From Bacteriovoracaceae bacterium (lineage in GTDB: Bacteria; Bdellovibrionota; Bacteriovoracia; Bacteriovoracales; Bacteriovoracaceae): DNA of 64,000 bases. Every line of letters begins with the position of its first letter. Positions within the stretch are counted from its first letter, which is position 1. This document shows positions 59,431-64,000 of the stretch, piece after piece. Both the position numbers and the translations under genes were made by a program. The notes under the pieces were generated by a model. It did not search any database, was not told the origin of the DNA, and saw nothing but the letters and a program-made list of their open reading frames with translations. The DNA lies in NCBI GenBank assembly GCA_018649885.1, contig JABIHA010000085.1:100744-164743 (forward strand), written 5' to 3'.

Positions 59431-60564
59431 TTGTTCAATATTGGATTGGTAAAAATGATTAGACCATTATATCTCCTATACTTTCTTTATATTTCATTTC
59501 TAATTACAGGCAAAACTATTGTTCATGGACCCGATGGGATTTTAGAGTGGATTGATATTCCTCTAAGTTACTTGGCCCTCTTTGGCCTTTATTTACATGT
59601 ATTTAAAATTAGAAGTAAGAAAATTGCTTTTTGGAAGTTTTACTCTCTGACTTTTCCAATTTGGGATATAGGAATTAATACCTATTTTCATTTCCAAAAA
59701 TATGGCAGTATCTCATTAAATAAATATATTTATGGGCTTACGACTGCATTTCCTCTCTATGTTGGAGTGGTGCTTTATAGCTTTTCCACTCGAAAAGTAT
59801 CTATGCCATTGAAAGAAGAAAGTTCTTTGAAAAAGAAAACTGCTACCAAACAAAGAGGTATGAAAAAAAATGAATCCATTTTTATCTCAACACTCGTTCT
59901 CTGTGGAGTCTGTCTCTTTTTCTATGCACAGTTTTCAAAAAAAGCTAGAGCTAACTTGAATGATCTTACTGTGGGAGTCTTTAAACCTGTTATTTATCTG
60001 TATCCTCAGCAAGAAACAAAAATTAGAGCGAAATTGGACTTTGATGGACAATTTCATTTTACATGGCCTCCTTACCATGAAGGTTGGGAGGTTGTCGCAG
60101 ATCCTAATGGTAAAATTCAAACAATGGATGGAAACGAGTATAGCTATCTTTTTTGGGATGGACTATTCAATCTGCCTGATATGTGGAAAGAAGATGGCAC
60201 CGTAGTTGAAGGCAATAAGCTAGACGTCTATCTAAGAAAAACTATGATCAACATGGGACTAAAACCTACCGAGTATAATGAGCTCATTGTTTTTTGGACG
60301 CCAATACTAAAAAAATCACCTTATGTACAAGTAACTATTCTAACTGATGAATACGAAAAAATGGTTCCTCTCCACATTGAGCCCAAGCCAGACAATATTC
60401 TTAGACTCTATATCCTTTTTAGAAAACTGGATGAAAGAATTGAAGTTAAAGCTCAAAAACTACCAACTTTAATACGTGAAGGGTTCACTGTAGTCGAATG
60501 GGGGGGATCAATAATTAAGGATGATAGGCCTGGTGGTATCTTTCAGTTGATCCATCAATATTAG
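59431..60564 (+). CDS. Membrane-anchored KPVIYLYP-domain hypothetical protein
   Basis: N-terminal TMs; KPVIYLYP, YSYLFWDG, REGFTVVEWGG. Confidence 0.75.
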   Translation: MFNIGLVKMIRPLYLLYFLYISFLITGKTIVHGPDGILEWIDIPLSYLALFGLYLHVFKIRSKKIAFWKFYSLTFPIWDIGINTYFHFQKYGSISLNKYIYGLTTAFPLYVGVVLYSFSTRKVSMPLKEESSLKKKTATKQRGMKKNESIFISTLVLCGVCLFFYAQFSKKARANLNDLTVGVFKPVIYLYPQQETKIRAKLDFDGQFHFTWPPYHEGWEVVADPNGKIQTMDGNEYSYLFWDGLFNLPDMWKEDGTVVEGNKLDVYLRKTMINMGLKPTEYNELIVFWTPILKKSPYVQVTILTDEYEKMVPLHIEPKPDNILRLYILFRKLDERIEVKAQKLPTLIREGFTVVEWGGSIIKDDRPGGIFQLIHQY

Positions 60565-60719
60565 AGCTCACTTGAGCTTCTTTGTTAAACAACCGTTACC
60601 AGTGTCAAAACCTTTTGGCCCCACCTAAAATAATTTTTATTTATTGCCGTTGAGAAATCAATTCTTTGCTAGTGGTCCCCAATTTGTATTAATAGATGTA
60701 GCTCTATGGAGGTAGGTCA

Positions 60720-63218
60720 ATGGTAAAAAGGCTATTTTTCGTTCAATTACTAGTATTGGTATTTAGTGGGTGCAATAGTGGAGGTGACGGCGGTGGTGGT
60801 GACACATCCTCTCCCGGAACTCCTCCCATAACGAGTGCTCCTCCACCTTCAACTGGCAATCAGCAGCCGCTATCACCAGAGGAAAAAGTGAATGGTGCCT
60901 TAGATGCTTTGACCGCTGATGATATTTTAAATTTAAATACAGATTTAAATTCTATTACCAGTGACTTAGTTCTACCTGATTATTTAAATGAAGATGTGAA
61001 TTTAACATGGAAAATTGACTCTGCTTTTATTTCTGAGCTTGGAGTGATCACCCGTCCAGACTACACAGAGGGGGATCAAACCGTAGATATTATTGCGACA
61101 CTTTCAATTGAAGATCAAATAAAAGAAAAAATATTCACTCTTAAAATTAAGGCCCTGCCTATACCGGATGAGGTGGTTTTACAAAGTGAGTACGATAAAC
61201 TAACTGCAGGGTTGATTGTCTTGCAAAATAGCTCACTATACGAAGTTACCAGTGATCTCAATCTTGTGAGTACTCTCGGAAGTGGAGTACAGGTGAGCTG
61301 GACAGAAAGTAGTAATTACATAACTAGTAGTGGGTCTGTCCAGCGTCCAAACTATATTACTGGCAATGAGGAGTTAACTCTAAAGGCCACTTTAAAGTTA
61401 AACGAATTATTGCTTGAAAAGGAATTCACTGTAGTGATACTCGCAGATGAACTTGGTGATATTGAAGCCGTTAGGCTCGCCTCTGATTTGATCACTGAAG
61501 AAAGTATCTTACTATCAAATAGTTCACTCAAAAATATCACCTCTAAACTAAAGCTTCCGAGTCTTGGAAGCTTTGGCACTACCATCTACTGGAATTCAAC
61601 AGTACCCTATAATTTAATTGACACAGACAGTGGTGAAATTGCAGAAAACCTAAGGTTTCCTCGGGTGGGAAAATTGACTGCCAATATATATAAAGGATCA
61701 TCTTGGAGCTATAAGCAATTTATTGTGACTGTTACTTTCACTAACCCTGCTCAGGCCAGAGCTTACGGTGTATTAAAGTCAATTGGTATCGCAGATATTA
61801 TAGGAGCTAATTTATCTCGCTACAATATTTCCTCATCATTTGAGCTCACTGAAGTTCGTGTCAAATTTCCTGATTGCGATATTTATTTGACTACAAGCTA
61901 TGGTACATTAAATCGCGATGGCAAACGCCAAGGAAATCTCAGTTACTATGACTATACTGAGTATCCTAAAATTAGAGTTGGTTGTGGAGGGCCTGCGGAC
62001 TTACAGCAAGGCCTTGGCAGAATTACCTATGCATCCGCTAGTGAAGGACAGATAAAAGATACAGATCTCGATGGACTCTCTGATCGTGAGGAAAGAGAAG
62101 TTTATTTTACTAATCCTTCTGTCTCCGATAGTGATGGTGATGGTTTTAGTGATAGTGAAGAAGTTCTCCCTACTGGGAAAAATGGGGTATCTCTAGTGGA
62201 TTTAGGCGCCAATCCCAATGTACGAGATATTTTTATCGAAATTGATTATATGGCCAGTCCCAAAGGCCTAGAAAATTCTGAAACTGACACAACAAAGTCT
62301 TTTAAAGGGCTTCAAATCTTTGAGGAATCACTAAGAAAAGTTCAATTGGCGTTTGCTGCTTACGATCCCGAAATTAATGGAGGAAAAAAAACACCATTTA
62401 AAATTCATTTTGATATAGGCGATCTCTTTGACAAATCAAGTGGTCTAAACCCCGAAAAATTTGATCTTGGGGGAGGACAGGAGATTCCTTTTCAGTCAAA
62501 ACTTCGTATTGCATACCCAGGAAGCTCACTTTCTCACAATGATCTTAAACAACTTTATTTTGATCCTAGCAGACAGGGGATTTTTCACTACTTGATTTGG
62601 GGATACGAGTTTGAGGAGCACTATAACCCTAAAACAGGGTATAGAGTCACCTCTGGTATTCACGGATTGGCCGAAATCCCAGGCAATGATTTTGCCATTT
62701 GCATTGGTTGGGTCTCTGTAGGTAATAGCGTGTATTCTCACAATATGCAGGCAATGGAAATTATGCACGAACTAGGTCATAACCTAGGTCTCAGTCACGA
62801 CGGAAGTAGAAAAGAGTATTGGGGGAGAAAGCCAAACTATCCATCCATTATGAGCTATCAATATACTTATTACGATTCAGATATTGAGGGAAACGGTTGG
62901 CGCTATTATTCATCTAGTTCGCCTTATAGGAAAAAGCTTGTTGAGATTGGCAAGGGGTCACCGATGAACCTCCATTCTCCTGATTATCTACCGTACTACT
63001 CTTATGGTCTGAATATTGGTCTCGATGAAGATAATATGAGTGAGAAAATGGGTTGGAGTGGGATATTCATCGATTATAATAAAAATGGTGTTATTGACGA
63101 TGCTAAGTTTCAAAAAGACTTCAACTCTGATGGGAATAAATGGTCAGATCACGTGGACTTCAATGACTGGGCCAATCTCAAACTCGATTTTGGTGGTCAT
63201 CCCTATTACAATGACTGA
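60720..63218 (+). CDS. Lipoprotein with Ig-like repeats, Asp-rich Ca-binding motifs and metzincin peptidase domain
   Basis: LVFSGC lipobox; repeated ITSDLxL...W...ITRP units; DTDLDGLSD, DSDGDGFSD; HELGHNLGLSH and SIMSY Met-turn. Confidence 0.8.
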   Translation: MVKRLFFVQLLVLVFSGCNSGGDGGGGDTSSPGTPPITSAPPPSTGNQQPLSPEEKVNGALDALTADDILNLNTDLNSITSDLVLPDYLNEDVNLTWKIDSAFISELGVITRPDYTEGDQTVDIIATLSIEDQIKEKIFTLKIKALPIPDEVVLQSEYDKLTAGLIVLQNSSLYEVTSDLNLVSTLGSGVQVSWTESSNYITSSGSVQRPNYITGNEELTLKATLKLNELLLEKEFTVVILADELGDIEAVRLASDLITEESILLSNSSLKNITSKLKLPSLGSFGTTIYWNSTVPYNLIDTDSGEIAENLRFPRVGKLTANIYKGSSWSYKQFIVTVTFTNPAQARAYGVLKSIGIADIIGANLSRYNISSSFELTEVRVKFPDCDIYLTTSYGTLNRDGKRQGNLSYYDYTEYPKIRVGCGGPADLQQGLGRITYASASEGQIKDTDLDGLSDREEREVYFTNPSVSDSDGDGFSDSEEVLPTGKNGVSLVDLGANPNVRDIFIEIDYMASPKGLENSETDTTKSFKGLQIFEESLRKVQLAFAAYDPEINGGKKTPFKIHFDIGDLFDKSSGLNPEKFDLGGGQEIPFQSKLRIAYPGSSLSHNDLKQLYFDPSRQGIFHYLIWGYEFEEHYNPKTGYRVTSGIHGLAEIPGNDFAICIGWVSVGNSVYSHNMQAMEIMHELGHNLGLSHDGSRKEYWGRKPNYPSIMSYQYTYYDSDIEGNGWRYYSSSSPYRKKLVEIGKGSPMNLHSPDYLPYYSYGLNIGLDEDNMSEKMGWSGIFIDYNKNGVIDDAKFQKDFNSDGNKWSDHVDFNDWANLKLDFGGHPYYND

Positions 63219-63894
63219 GCTTTGGTATCCACTCAGGAAGTGAGTGGATCAATTTTGGAATGATGTCTTTGGCCCCCGTGTGATAGTCATCTGTATTTTT
63301 TTGATAGGACTGTGGTTTTTCTAAACTAACTGTATCACTAACACCTCTAATAATGAGACATTTCACATTGTTTTTTTGGCAGACTCTTGCAATGGAGCCT
63401 GACTCCCAGTCTACAACTTTAGCACCGTACTTGGATTTGAGGTGGGGTATATCGCTCTGATCTAAATCTCTATCCGCAGATAGCATCGTCTCTCTTGTGA
63501 CTGGAAGTGGGCATGTCTCAAGCCAGCATAAATCAATATCAGTTGAATACTCTCTTATGAACTGATCGGGATCGGACATTTTTTCATACATGTCATAGAT
63601 AATGGTTTTTTCCACTAAAATGAGATCCCCTCTACTGACTTCTCCGGCAATTCCACCACATGTGCCTAGATTGAAAACTATGCTTGGGCCCCATTTTGAA
63701 ATTAAATATTGAGCCGAGGCAGCTGCATCCACTTTTCCACAGCCCCCGCGTAGAAAAACAAGGTCACCATGATAAAAATATTCACCATAAGGACACAAGC
63801 CAATCTTTTCTGGGGAGAGCGTTGACTTTGCTGCCCTCCATTCAGAATTTGCAGAAATAATAACACCAACTTGAATTTTCTTATTTTCATTCAT
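63178..63894 (-). CDS. mtnN: 5'-methylthioadenosine/S-adenosylhomocysteine nucleosidase family
   Basis: GCGKVDAA, NLGTCGG, VDWESGSIA, IRGVSD. Confidence 0.8.
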   Translation of the reverse strand: MNENKKIQVGVIISANSEWRAAKSTLSPEKIGLCPYGEYFYHGDLVFLRGGCGKVDAAASAQYLISKWGPSIVFNLGTCGGIAGEVSRGDLILVEKTIIYDMYEKMSDPDQFIREYSTDIDLCWLETCPLPVTRETMLSADRDLDQSDIPHLKSKYGAKVVDWESGSIARVCQKNNVKCLIIRGVSDTVSLEKPQSYQKNTDDYHTGAKDIIPKLIHSLPEWIPKLSHCNRDDHQNRV

Positions 63895-63902
63895 AGTACA
63901 AA

Positions 63903-63923
63903 AATGAGCACTGAGTGCTCATT
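63903..63923. promoter_or_regulatory. Perfect palindrome, putative operator
   Basis: AATGAGCACT-G-AGTGCTCATT, 8 nt upstream of the ATG at 63894. Confidence 0.45.
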
Positions 63924-64000
63924 ACTTGAATTCAACCCAAGTGAAAATATCGTGTCCTAGTGGGTCCATTTTATATCCACTTAAGTTTTTCGACATTGCT

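Noticed and set aside
1..64000. CRISPR array, tRNA/rRNA, transposase, prophage or defence island
   Set aside because: No spaced direct repeats, RNA-gene signatures or hallmark proteins seen by eye; a covariance-model search was not possible

Overview
AT-rich bacterial chromosome segment with about 53 CDS. Gene content (many orphan secreted/outer-membrane proteins, a mevalonate operon, prkA-yeaH-spoVR, a DUF4360-like protein, GGCC-rich sequence) suggests a predatory Bdellovibrionota (Bacteriovoracales-like); this taxonomy is inference. Recognisable blocks: RNA-modification genes (U32, THUMP methyltransferase, rsmI); a five-gene mevalonate operon without HMG-CoA synthase; trxB; a polar amino-acid ABC transporter; a PAS hybrid kinase; glpD; secA with an M23 peptidase; a PP2C phosphatase divergent from prkA-yeaH-spoVR; a TatT-like protein beside a CREST/ceramidase-like protein; subtilisin; endonuclease I; dppBCDF; a GT-C/GT2/membrane-protein glycosylation cluster; an Ig-repeat metzincin lipoprotein; an MTA/SAH nucleosidase. 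I saw no rRNA, tRNA, CRISPR array, transposase or prophage. Non-coding signals: a 105-bp TA-ended ERIC/MITE-like palindromic element, CsrA-type GGA hairpins at several ribosome-binding sites, two FliA-like promoters and several terminators. No novel system can be proven from sequence alone. The best candidates are the glycosylation cluster, the TatT-like/ceramidase pair, two uncharacterised outer-membrane operons and a large protein with a translocator-like hydrophobic hairpin.
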